From Desulfobacteraceae bacterium UBA2156 (GTDB taxonomy: Bacteria > Desulfobacterota > Desulfobacteria > Desulfobacterales > UBA2156): a stretch of DNA of 64,000 nucleotides. Below, in pieces: positions 45,332 through 54,722 of this stretch. Position numbers and translations under genes: made by a program. Location of the stretch: assembly GCA_002328165.1 (NCBI GenBank), contig DCWS01000016.1:3437-67436 (forward strand). Reading direction: 5' to 3'. Each line of letters opens with the position of its first letter. Position 1 is the first letter of the stretch. The notes under the pieces are model-generated. The model was given only the letters and a program-made list of their open reading frames with translations, did not search any database and was not told the DNA's origin.

Positions 45332-46591
45332 ATGGAAGAAACGATGGGTGAGGAAAAGAAGGTTGCCCGGAAAAAACTAAAATCTGCCAAAGTTTTGGGA
45401 AAGTTCATGGCTGATTATTATCATGAACTCGACCGTGCATCTAAAACAGGTAAAAAAAAGATCGCGTGGTGTACGAGCGTCGGACCTGCTGAAATTTTAA
45501 GAGCGATGGGTTTTGTGATTTATTTTCCCGAAACCCACTCGGCGATGCTCGGTTCTACGCGTATGGCCAGTGATCTTATTCCAAAAGCGAACGCCATCGG
45601 CTATTCGCCGGACATCTGTTCCTACCTGACCGCGGACATCGGGGCGTATCTGGAGGGGGTGACCCCTTTGTCGAAGGCCTTTGAGGGAATCACGGCCGTA
45701 CCCAAACCGGATCTGCTGGTGTTTAACACAAACCAGTGCAGGGATGTTCAGGACTGGTTTACCTGGTACGGTAGAGAGTACAATGCGCCGGTGATCGGGG
45801 TACACACCCATAGAGGTGTAGGTAAGATTACCGAGAGTCATATTACATCGATTACCAGGCAACTAGAAGCGTTGATTGAGCCGTTGGAAAAAATCTCGGA
45901 TCGTAAGTTCGAAATCAAAGATTTGAAAAAAATCGTAGCGCTTTCCCGGGAATGCTCTAATCTATGGAAAAAGGTGCTCGATACCGCGTCTGCAGTTCCA
46001 GCACCCCTGACCTTTTTTGATGGAACCACACTGATGGGAGCTGCGGTGGTTGGCCGGGGAACCTCGGCCGCCAATGACTGTTACAGGATATTGCTGGCAG
46101 AGCTTGAGGAAAGAGTCTTAAACAAGGTGGGTGTAATCGAAGATGAGCAGTTCAGGATCTATTGGGAGGGAATGCCGGTTTGGGGAAGACTCGGCATTCA
46201 TTTTCAGTTATTCGCCGGTCTAAAGGCAAATGTTCTTGCATCTACCTATTGCAACAGCTGGATATTTTCCGACCTCGATCCAACAGATCCATTTACAAGT
46301 ATGGCCCGGGCGTACACAACATTGTTTATCGTCCGCTCTGACGCGTATAAAGAAAAATATATCAAGAAAATGTTGGATTTTTTCAAAGTGGACGGTATTG
46401 TCTACCATGATGCGAAAACCTGTCCCAATAATTCCAACTGCCGTTACGGCATGCCGCAACGGATAGAAAAAGAGACCGGTCTTCCCAGCCTCGTTATTAA
46501 CGGAGATCTCAACGATTTAAGGCTCCTTTCTGATGAACAGACCAGAACCAATGTGGAGGCGTTTATCGAACTGCTGGAGGAGAATAAATAA
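45332..46591 (+). CDS. 2-hydroxyacyl-CoA dehydratase / benzoyl-CoA reductase BcrC-BadD-HgdB family protein (single subunit)
   Basis: 419 aa. KKIAWCTSVGPAEILRAMG, PDICSYLTAD, NQCRD, KTCPNNSNC conserved Cys positions. Start is uncertain (ATG 45332, 45344 or 45407). Confidence 0.72.
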   Translation: MEETMGEEKKVARKKLKSAKVLGKFMADYYHELDRASKTGKKKIAWCTSVGPAEILRAMGFVIYFPETHSAMLGSTRMASDLIPKANAIGYSPDICSYLTADIGAYLEGVTPLSKAFEGITAVPKPDLLVFNTNQCRDVQDWFTWYGREYNAPVIGVHTHRGVGKITESHITSITRQLEALIEPLEKISDRKFEIKDLKKIVALSRECSNLWKKVLDTASAVPAPLTFFDGTTLMGAAVVGRGTSAANDCYRILLAELEERVLNKVGVIEDEQFRIYWEGMPVWGRLGIHFQLFAGLKANVLASTYCNSWIFSDLDPTDPFTSMARAYTTLFIVRSDAYKEKYIKKMLDFFKVDGIVYHDAKTCPNNSNCRYGMPQRIEKETGLPSLVINGDLNDLRLLSDEQTRTNVEAFIELLEENK

Positions 46592-46632
46592 ATGGACCCT
46601 ACTGCGAATAGGCATTTGATGGGGAGGGTGAT

Positions 46633-48189
46633 ATGGCCTGCTGGTTAAATTTGGGCCAAATTCTGAAAACAAATGCAAAGAAATTTCCGGACACCATTGC
46701 ACTAAAGGATAAAGACAGAAAATTTACCTATCCGGCGGTCAACAGACGGGTGAATAAGCTGGCCCACGGTCTATTGACCCTGGGTTTAAAAAAGGGAGAC
46801 AAAATTGCGGTTTTGCTCGAGAACAGCATTGAGATTGTCGAAGTATATCTTGCAACGGCAAAAACCGGGTTGGTGATCGTTCCGATTAACTTTCGACTGG
46901 TGGGAGCGGAAATAGAATACATTGCAAACAACTCGGACGCTGTAGCCTTTATCGTTCAGGACGAATTTATCCCGACAGTGGATGACATCAAACCGAATCT
47001 AAACCTTATTCATCCCGATCGGTATATTGCTGTAGGTGAAGAAACGAAAGGGTACCGGTCGTACGAAGGATTGATGGCAGATGGTTCAGAAAGCGAGCCG
47101 GAGGCTTTTGTTGAACCCCACGACACATGGATTCTGATTTATACTTCCGGCACCACCGGCAGACCCAAAGGTGTGGTTCGTTCACATGAGTCCCACATCG
47201 CTTTCTATCTTATCAACGCCATCGATTTAGGTTTCAGGCAGCTCGACATCTGTATGAACGTTATGCCGTTATGCCATATCAATTCCACTTTTTTTACGTT
47301 CATCTTCCTGTATATTGGCGCAAGTGTTTATATCCAACCGGCAAAGTCTTTCAATGCGGAAGAAGTATTGAAAATCATAGAGCGGGAAAGGATTACTTTC
47401 ATCTCTCTCATCCCGACCCATTACAACCTCATATTAAATGTGCCGTCAGATGGAAAGAGTTGCGACGTCACTTCCATAAAAAAACTTTTGTGCTCATCCG
47501 CTCCGGTTAGAAAAAGCATGAAATTGGCGATTATGGAATTTTTTAAAGGAGTTGAGCTTTATGAGGGATACGGCTCCACAGAGGCGGGTTGTGTCACCAT
47601 ACTCAAGCCCCAAGATCAGATGAAGAAACTGGGGTCTATCGGTTATGAATCGTTGGGCACCGATTTCGTGAAAATCTTAGACGAAAACGGAAATGAAGTG
47701 AAAACCGGGGAGATCGGAGAACTTTATTCCCGGGGGCCGATGCTTTTTAATGAATATTACAAATTACCGGAAAAGACCGCTGCTTCCTTTCAGGGGGAAT
47801 GGTTTTCCGCCGGTGATATGGCGCGACGGGATGAAGATGGGTTTTATCAGATCGTTGACCGAAAAGACAATCTGATCATCACCGGTGGCGAGCATGTCTA
47901 TCCCAGTGAGGTCGAGGAGGTCGTCGGAAGCCATGAATGTGTGTTTGACTGCGCCTGTATCAGTCTGCCGGATGACAAATGGGGTGAGAAAGTAGTAGCG
48001 GTTATCATACCTAAATCCGATGCCACCGCTGATGATATCAATGAGCAAAGCATCAAGGATTGTTGCAGAGATAAACTGGCCGGCTATAAACATCCCAAAG
48101 AGGTCATATTTATCGATCCAGGTGAGATGCCGAGAACATCGACCGGAAAGATACTCCACCGTAAGCTCAGAGAGAATTTTAAGAGATAA
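46633..48189 (+). CDS. AMP-forming acyl-CoA synthetase/ligase
   Basis: 518 aa. YTSGTTGRPKGV AMP-binding motif, GYGSTE, FSAGDMARRDEDGF, TSTGKILHRKL. Confidence 0.85.
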   Translation: MACWLNLGQILKTNAKKFPDTIALKDKDRKFTYPAVNRRVNKLAHGLLTLGLKKGDKIAVLLENSIEIVEVYLATAKTGLVIVPINFRLVGAEIEYIANNSDAVAFIVQDEFIPTVDDIKPNLNLIHPDRYIAVGEETKGYRSYEGLMADGSESEPEAFVEPHDTWILIYTSGTTGRPKGVVRSHESHIAFYLINAIDLGFRQLDICMNVMPLCHINSTFFTFIFLYIGASVYIQPAKSFNAEEVLKIIERERITFISLIPTHYNLILNVPSDGKSCDVTSIKKLLCSSAPVRKSMKLAIMEFFKGVELYEGYGSTEAGCVTILKPQDQMKKLGSIGYESLGTDFVKILDENGNEVKTGEIGELYSRGPMLFNEYYKLPEKTAASFQGEWFSAGDMARRDEDGFYQIVDRKDNLIITGGEHVYPSEVEEVVGSHECVFDCACISLPDDKWGEKVVAVIIPKSDATADDINEQSIKDCCRDKLAGYKHPKEVIFIDPGEMPRTSTGKILHRKLRENFKR

Positions 48190-48234
48190 TAATGTAAAAC
48201 AAACAAAACAAACTCAAAACGAGGAGGGAGTTAG

Positions 48235-49425
48235 ATGATGACAAAAGCCTTCATTCCCTATGGCGGCTATTACAGCACCCCCTTTGCCAGGTGGCAAGGG
48301 AGCCTGTCCAATGAAAATTCCATTTCTCTTGCGGCAGAAACTTCCAAAAGGTGGCTTGCCGAAAAAGATTGGGATCCCAATATGTTTGACTATCTCATCC
48401 TGGGAATCACTATCGGTCAGCCCAAATTGTTCTACGGCGGCCCATGGGCATCGGCCCTCCTGGGGGCCGTTCTCACACCTGGGGTTGTCGTCAGCCAGGC
48501 GTGTTCGACTTCTACGACCTGTATTTACCAGGCCGCTGTTGGTATTGAAACCGGTCAATATGATAACGTGCTGGCATTGATGACAGACCGCTGTTCCAAC
48601 GGACCGCACACGATCTGGCCGAATCCCAAAGGACCCGGTGGACTCGTGGTGTCAGAAAACTGGGTAATGGATCACTTTAACCTCGATCCATGGGGCGGCA
48701 CCGCAATGATCCAGACCGCTGAAAATGTGGTGAAAGAAACCGGGATCACCCGGGAAGCGTGTGATGCTGTGACATTGAGACGATACGAACAGTACAGGGA
48801 TGCCCTTGTCGATGACCGAACTTTTCAGAAACGGTATATGTTTCCGGTAGAAATAAACCTGTCAAAAAAGAAGACCATCATGGTGGCGGAAGATGAAGGC
48901 GTTTTCGAGACCACCAAAGAAGGATTAGCCGGTCTTAAGCCGGTCATTCCGGGTAGTGCGCATACGTTTGGGAGCCAAACCCATCCTGCTGACGGGAACT
49001 GTGGGGTAACCGTGACGAGCCGTGAAAAAGCTAGGGAACTCAGCACGGATCCGGAGATTGAAATCCAGGTCGTTTCATACGGTCATGCCCGGGTCAAAAG
49101 AGCGTTTATGGCCATGGCTGTTGTTCCGGCAGCGAAAATGGCCTTGGAAAAAGCAGGCATTACGGTAGATGATGTTGTGGCGATTAAGACGCATAATCCC
49201 TTTGCAGCCAATGATATCTATATGGCCGATGAGATGAAGATTGATGTCAACGGGTTCAATAACTATGGCTGTTCTCTGATCTTCGGACATCCGCAGGCGC
49301 CGACCGCTGGTCGACTGATCATCGAGGGGGTCGAGGAGGTCGCAATCCAAGGCGGGGGCTATATGTTATTTACCGGTTGTGCAGCCGGAGATACCGGTGC
49401 AGCCATTGTGTTAAAAGTAGGATGA
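48235..49425 (+). CDS. thiolase-family acyltransferase (divergent)
   Basis: 396 aa. Active-site Cys region VVSQACSTSTTCIY. C-terminal GHPQAPTAGR and TGCAAGDTGAA, instead of canonical thiolase-II motifs. Confidence 0.72.
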   Translation: MMTKAFIPYGGYYSTPFARWQGSLSNENSISLAAETSKRWLAEKDWDPNMFDYLILGITIGQPKLFYGGPWASALLGAVLTPGVVVSQACSTSTTCIYQAAVGIETGQYDNVLALMTDRCSNGPHTIWPNPKGPGGLVVSENWVMDHFNLDPWGGTAMIQTAENVVKETGITREACDAVTLRRYEQYRDALVDDRTFQKRYMFPVEINLSKKKTIMVAEDEGVFETTKEGLAGLKPVIPGSAHTFGSQTHPADGNCGVTVTSREKARELSTDPEIEIQVVSYGHARVKRAFMAMAVVPAAKMALEKAGITVDDVVAIKTHNPFAANDIYMADEMKIDVNGFNNYGCSLIFGHPQAPTAGRLIIEGVEEVAIQGGGYMLFTGCAAGDTGAAIVLKVG

Positions 49426-49538
49426 TATTGATCTGAAAAAAATTACTGTTTGGCAGCATAGTAAAGAAAATGTTCCATAACTTTCTGACCGAGTGACTCC
49501 AGGAGGTTTTAGGGAATCTCGAAAAAAAAGAGGACAAT

Positions 49539-50110
49539 ATGAAAAAGAGAGTCTGGCTGTTTACCCTAATATTAGCGAGCTGTTTCGTTTCGATGATTTT
49601 TAATCAGTCTGCAGTTGCAGCAGACCCGATCGTGATTGGGGTGCCGACATCTTTGGGCTTTTCAGAAGGAAAGGAATCACTCAAAGCGGTTCAGATGGCA
49701 GTAGATGAAATCAATGCCGCCGGTGGTGTGAAGGTTGGTACTGAAAGAAGGCCTTTTAAAATTGAGTCCATCGACCTCAGGGATGCCGCGCCCGGGGTGC
49801 CGGTATCTGAGGCCTTGCTAGGCTTGGAAAAGATTATCCTGGAAAAAAACCAACTGCGCTTGTAGTCGGTCCTTTCCGTTCCGAGGCCCTGATCGCAGGG
49901 ATGGACATCATCGCAAAATACAAGGTGCCGATGCTCGGTACGATTGCCATGAGTCCGGGCTCCGAGAAAAAACTCAAAAAGGATCCTGAAAAATATAAAT
50001 ATATCTTCCGTACCTGTCTCAATGCCGTACATCTGGTAAAATATCTGGCGGGAAATATGAGTTTAATTCAGGACAGGATCATGCATTTTTTCGGGTTCAA
50101 ATACACATAG
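49539..50110 (+). pseudogene. Liv-type (branched-chain amino acid) ABC substrate-binding protein, frameshifted and 3'-truncated
   Basis: Signal peptide plus DPIVIGVPTSLGF...AVDEINAAGGV. The frame breaks in the A7 run 49843-49849, then reads KKPTALVVGPFRSEALIAGMDIIAKYKVPMLG. The ORF ends after ~190 codons, inside the convergent ABC ATPase gene, whereas the expected length is roughly 380-400 aa. Confidence 0.7.
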
Positions 50111-51147
50111 AGTTCCTGGCCTTCTTTCTGCGGCAGGTGATGCGGAACCTGCACCCTGATCATGGTTTCGTTTATATTGACAAAGAAAAACAGAAAATTG
50201 CCCAGGTACGCCTTATGAACAATCTTACCCTTAAACACGTTTTCTGTGGCTTCAGGCGGTTTTGTAAGGACCTCCACATCTTCCGGACGAATCGATGCAT
50301 AAACCTCTTGTCCGATGGTTGCAGTGCTGTTGGGTGTTGTACATCCCATTTTTTCGCTAAACGGAGTCTTTACATAAACGTTATTCGTGTCCGTGAGGAC
50401 ATCGACAACTTCTCCAGCTATAAAGTTCATGGTGCCGATAAAATCCGCAACAAATTTATTGGCGGGCTTTTTGTAGATTTCCTGTGCAGTGCCGAGTTGC
50501 ACGACGTTTCCTGAATTCATGACGGCGATTCGATCCGAAATAACCATTGCCTCTGCCTGATCATGGGTAACGTAGACCGATGTGATACCCATCCGCCTGA
50601 CCAGGCTCTTGATTTCAAATCTTAATTCTTCTCTGAGTTTGGCATCCAGGTTGCTTAGCGGTTCATCCAACAGCAGGACCTTCGGATTTCCTACGAGTGC
50701 CCGAGCAAGCGCCACCCGTTGCTGCTGCCCCCCGCTCAGTTGAGACGGATATCGGTTTTCCAAACCGACTAAACCGACCATTTCCAAAACCTTTTGTGCC
50801 TTTTCCTGTATCTTTTGCCGGGACAGTTTCTGAAGCTTTAGGCCGTAAACGATATTATTATAGACTTTCATATGCGGCCATACGGCATAATTCTGAAAAA
50901 CCATGCCGATTCCTCTTTTTGACGGTTGCACAAATCCTTGAGAAAACATAGATTTGCTGTCAATAACGATATCCCCTTCTTCCGGGGTCTCCAATCCGGC
51001 AATGCAACGCAAGGTGGTTGTTTTGCCGCACCCGCTGGGTCCGAGCAGCGTCAACATTTCTCCCTGTTTAATTTCAAGGTGTATGTGATTAATCGCCACG
51101 ACATCTTTAAAAGTCTTGAACAGGTTTTGGATCTCTATAAACGCCAT
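50068..51147 (-). CDS. ABC transporter ATP-binding protein (PotA/FbpC-like, with C-terminal TOBE-type domain)
   Basis: 359 aa. GPSGCGKTT Walker A, LSGGQQQRVALARAL signature, LLLDEPLSNLD Walker B. Confidence 0.88.
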   Translation of the reverse strand: MAFIEIQNLFKTFKDVVAINHIHLEIKQGEMLTLLGPSGCGKTTTLRCIAGLETPEEGDIVIDSKSMFSQGFVQPSKRGIGMVFQNYAVWPHMKVYNNIVYGLKLQKLSRQKIQEKAQKVLEMVGLVGLENRYPSQLSGGQQQRVALARALVGNPKVLLLDEPLSNLDAKLREELRFEIKSLVRRMGITSVYVTHDQAEAMVISDRIAVMNSGNVVQLGTAQEIYKKPANKFVADFIGTMNFIAGEVVDVLTDTNNVYVKTPFSEKMGCTTPNSTATIGQEVYASIRPEDVEVLTKPPEATENVFKGKIVHKAYLGNFLFFFVNINETMIRVQVPHHLPQKEGQELYVYLNPKKCMILS

Positions 51148-51244
51148 TAAATTTGTCTCCTTACACAGTCGTTCACAGATTCAATGTACCAGGTTAAAAC
51201 TTGAAGCCTTAACCCCTCAACCCTGGCACTGAAACCTGGCACCT

Positions 51245-52921
51245 TTATTTTTCTCCAGCACCCCAGGCGGCTTTGAGGACGCCTCCACCGATTCTTGATA
51301 TAATCAGCAATAAAATAAACGTGATCACAATCATCAGAAAAGCCATAGCAGCAGCAATGCCGAATTCCATGCCACGATGCCAGTTGAGATAGATTCCGAT
51401 CGGCAGGGTTTCCCATCCCCCTTTATATAGAAATACGGCAGTGGAAATCTCCTGGAACGCCATGATGAAGAACATCACCACGCCGACAAGTACTCCTTTG
51501 AGCAGCAACGGCAACGATATACTGAAAAAAGTTCTGATTTTACCGGCACCCGACACCTCGGAGGCTTCTTCCAGCGAAGGATCCAGCTGTAGATAGGAGG
51601 AATGCGCCATCCGCAAAAAATACGGGAGCCGCCTGGCAAACAGGGCCAGAGGCATGATGATCCAATACCGGGCTAAGGGTATGTCTTTCCAAAATGCCAA
51701 AAGATAACTCACACCGATCGCGATACCTGGAAACGCCAGCATCAGCGTGATTACAAAATCAAGGGCATCTTTGCCCCAGACACGGGTGCGAACGATGAGA
51801 TAGGCAACCGGAAGTCCAAAGGCAATCCCGAAAATCAGAGCGATTCCGCTAAAGAGGAAAGAGTTTTTGATCAGGCCAGGGCTTTCCAGAAGGATGAGTC
51901 TGAAATTTTCAAGCGTCCAATTGGTCGGAAACGCCTCAAAGACCCATGTTCTGGAAAAAGCGGCTAATCCCAGGACAACCGGAATAAGCAGAACCAGGAT
52001 AGCGATAAAAACCATGTACGCATACGCACCCGATTTCACCCATGCGCCCGGCTCGATAACTCTCCCTTCAGACGTTGTCCCTTTTGAAAGACCGGTATAC
52101 TTTCTCTTCTCGACCCAACGCCTGGCAAGCAAAAAGAGGGTTATGCATACAATGGCGGCAACAGTCACTGACACGATTCCCATGTACTTGCGGTGCATAT
52201 CGGTAAAGTGGTAGGCGATGTTGATGTAGGCAACCGAGGGGAGAAAGTCCACCTGCCCCAATATCATTGGCGTGAGCCAGTCGGTAAAAGGCCACAGAAA
52301 TACAAGGACGGCGCCCGCCATATAACTTGGGGTGCAGAGCGGCAGCGTGACGGTGAAAAATCGCCTGAAGCTACTCGCTCCCTCGACTTCGGCGGCTTCT
52401 TCAAAAGAAGGATCTATATTGGTAAAACCGGCGGAAAGCCCCAGGACGATAAACGGGAGCATGTGAAGGGATTGTATAAATACCAGTCCGTGCAGGCCGT
52501 AGATAAAATTGATCGGTTTCTCAACCAATCCAATTTCCATCAAGAGCAGGTTCACCGTTCCATACTTACCGAAAAAGATGATAAATGCAAATACACCGGC
52601 AAAAGCGGGCAACACAATCGGCAAAAGGATCAGGGCTGTGAACATGGTCTTTCCCCAATGCCTGTATCTCGCCAAAATATATGCTAGGGGCACCCCGAAC
52701 ACAGTGGTCGTCAGGAGAACCAGCGTACTCAGAAATAAGGTATTTCCAAACGTTTTAAGATAATACGCATCTTGGAAAAATTCTAAGAAATTGCCTATGC
52801 CCCAGCCGCCTGTTTCAGCGATTTTGAAGCTTTCCGTCAATAGAATGGACAAGGGATAAAGCACAAGGAAGGCAATGACCAACCACAGGATTGCTGCCAG
52901 AGAGATACTGCCGCGAGACAT
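51245..52921 (-). CDS. ABC transporter permease, duplicated (two-domain, FbpB/ThiP-like)
   Basis: 558 aa, about 12 TM segments, with two EAA-type loops (FEEAAEVEGAS and LEEASEVSGAG). Confidence 0.85.
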   Translation of the reverse strand: MSRGSISLAAILWLVIAFLVLYPLSILLTESFKIAETGGWGIGNFLEFFQDAYYLKTFGNTLFLSTLVLLTTTVFGVPLAYILARYRHWGKTMFTALILLPIVLPAFAGVFAFIIFFGKYGTVNLLLMEIGLVEKPINFIYGLHGLVFIQSLHMLPFIVLGLSAGFTNIDPSFEEAAEVEGASSFRRFFTVTLPLCTPSYMAGAVLVFLWPFTDWLTPMILGQVDFLPSVAYINIAYHFTDMHRKYMGIVSVTVAAIVCITLFLLARRWVEKRKYTGLSKGTTSEGRVIEPGAWVKSGAYAYMVFIAILVLLIPVVLGLAAFSRTWVFEAFPTNWTLENFRLILLESPGLIKNSFLFSGIALIFGIAFGLPVAYLIVRTRVWGKDALDFVITLMLAFPGIAIGVSYLLAFWKDIPLARYWIIMPLALFARRLPYFLRMAHSSYLQLDPSLEEASEVSGAGKIRTFFSISLPLLLKGVLVGVVMFFIMAFQEISTAVFLYKGGWETLPIGIYLNWHRGMEFGIAAAMAFLMIVITFILLLIISRIGGGVLKAAWGAGEK

Positions 52922-53024
52922 ATTAAACCTTTCCGAATTATGAGCGAAATGTTCGGGCGGGCCACAGCCCGCCCGAACATCAAGCCCAAAGGGCGTTTAA
53001 AACCATACGAATTTCCGTCCTGAA

Positions 53025-54326
53025 TTATGGCGTGACGAGTAGAGCACGCGCCTTTGCGGCGGCCAAACGAGCGGCGGCAAACTTACCATCATACTCGAAG
53101 AGTTTTCTGGCTTCTTTTATTTTTGCATCGGCTTTGCTCACGTCTGCATTTGCGGCTTTGGCCTCTTTGATCTCTTCCTCAACCTCTTCGATCAGAAAGA
53201 GACTGCTTTTCAATTTACCCCATTTCCGGTAAATCTCATGCTCATATTTCTTGTTGACTTCATCCCATCTCTTTTTTGCAACATCCACGTCGTATTTAAT
53301 GAATCCAACCTTTAGATCCCAGAATGAATCGACGCCCAGCGCTTTTTTGGCGTGTTTTGCCATACCGACGCCCTGCTTTGCCCATGCTGAAAATTTGACG
53401 TCTGTACTTGCCGCGAAGTAACGGCCTTCAAGCACGTATTTTTGTCCGTCCGCACTGAACAGCCAGTCTAAAAAGATCTTCCCGATCGCTTCGTTGGGCG
53501 CACCTTTGAGCAAAGCCACGGCTTCCGGAACCAGGATCGTTTTTTCCGGGAGCAGGTCCATCACAGGGTAGCCGTCTTTGCGCGCTGCCATGGCGTTCAT
53601 CTGAGGCTGGGCGACCCCGATGGGGACTTCGCCGCGCTTCACCAGGTTGGTTGTGTCTGTGCTGCCGGTTGAAAAGCGGGCCAGCTGCGCCGCCAGCAAT
53701 CTGAGATATCTCCAGGCTTGCTTTTCTCCAAAGGCCTGGATGAGAATTTCAATGGCTTCATGCATGGTGCCGGAAGCGTATGGCAGCGTGTGCACGATAT
53801 TACCCCGATAAATGGGGTTGAGCAGATCGTTCCACGTTTTTGGCGGCGGAAGCCTCAGCTTTTTGAGAACCTTCTGGTTGTAAAGGTTGGTAACGATCCA
53901 GGGGGCGAAACAGGTCCAGTAGTAATCCCCATCCTTTACCTTCATGCCTCCCCATTCCGCCGGGACCTTGTCCCAGTTCTTTGGCTTGTAAGGGACAATC
54001 AATCCTTTATCTTTTAAGAGTTCATGCGCCGGTGCGCCCGCACCCAGGAAAATATCCGCATCCGGTTTGCCAGCCCATAATCTGACTTTATCTACGGCAA
54101 CCGGCCATCCGCCCGGCCGCACGCCCGTGAAATCCACGTCCTTACCGTAGGTCTTTTTATAGTATGCCTTAAAACCCTTGGTCAGACTGGCGGACAGTTC
54201 CTTGTAGACGGGCCCGACCCAGCCGAGTTTGTCTGCGGCTTGTACTTTTGCCCCAATAATCGGTGTGAGCAGCAGCGCCACTGAAAGGACGGTAACAATT
54301 GTTGCGGTCAAATTTTTCTTTCTCAT
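53025..54326 (-). CDS. family-1 extracellular solute-binding protein (Fe3+/polyamine/phosphonate class) with helical C-terminal extension
   Basis: 433 aa, with signal peptide. ADIFLGAGAPAHELLKDKGLIVPYKP. An extra ~90-aa charged helical tail (EEVEEEIKEAKAANADVSKADAKIKEARK...). Confidence 0.78.
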   Translation of the reverse strand: MRKKNLTATIVTVLSVALLLTPIIGAKVQAADKLGWVGPVYKELSASLTKGFKAYYKKTYGKDVDFTGVRPGGWPVAVDKVRLWAGKPDADIFLGAGAPAHELLKDKGLIVPYKPKNWDKVPAEWGGMKVKDGDYYWTCFAPWIVTNLYNQKVLKKLRLPPPKTWNDLLNPIYRGNIVHTLPYASGTMHEAIEILIQAFGEKQAWRYLRLLAAQLARFSTGSTDTTNLVKRGEVPIGVAQPQMNAMAARKDGYPVMDLLPEKTILVPEAVALLKGAPNEAIGKIFLDWLFSADGQKYVLEGRYFAASTDVKFSAWAKQGVGMAKHAKKALGVDSFWDLKVGFIKYDVDVAKKRWDEVNKKYEHEIYRKWGKLKSSLFLIEEVEEEIKEAKAANADVSKADAKIKEARKLFEYDGKFAAARLAAAKARALLVTP

Positions 54327-54722
54327 TTTGCCCTCCTTTTTGGTTACATTGTCACATTTTATATGAAAATTTCTAACCCCGATCTCCTCCTACTAGAAAA
54401 ATTTCCACCGTCTGTCATCAAACCGGTATTGTAACGTAAATTTTTTCCTTTCATCGCCTCCTTTTGTTTATGTTTTCGTGATCGATCGAAGGCTTGCCAT
54501 CCCGACGTATATTATCCCGTATGCTTTATTCACCTTCAATGTTTTCAATATGAAGTTTGTCTCTTCGGACAAGCGTTTATGAGATGTTACCTTTTTAATT
54601 TTAATGTAAATTCAAGTCAAGATATAAAAGTAAAGGGGAAAAACAAAACAAGACTAAAGTCTTGATTTGAGACTGATATGAGCGGTATAGTTTCGACTTT
54701 AAAGGCATAGGGTATAATGATT

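Noticed and set aside
54359-54454. 31-codon minus-strand ORF (MKGKNLRYNTGLMTDGGNFSSRRRSGLEIFI) upstream of the ABC binding-protein gene, preceded by AAAGGAGG
   Set aside because: The SD core ends only 2 nt before the ATG, which is too close. The peptide has no recognisable features, and there is no second copy or coupling to support it.
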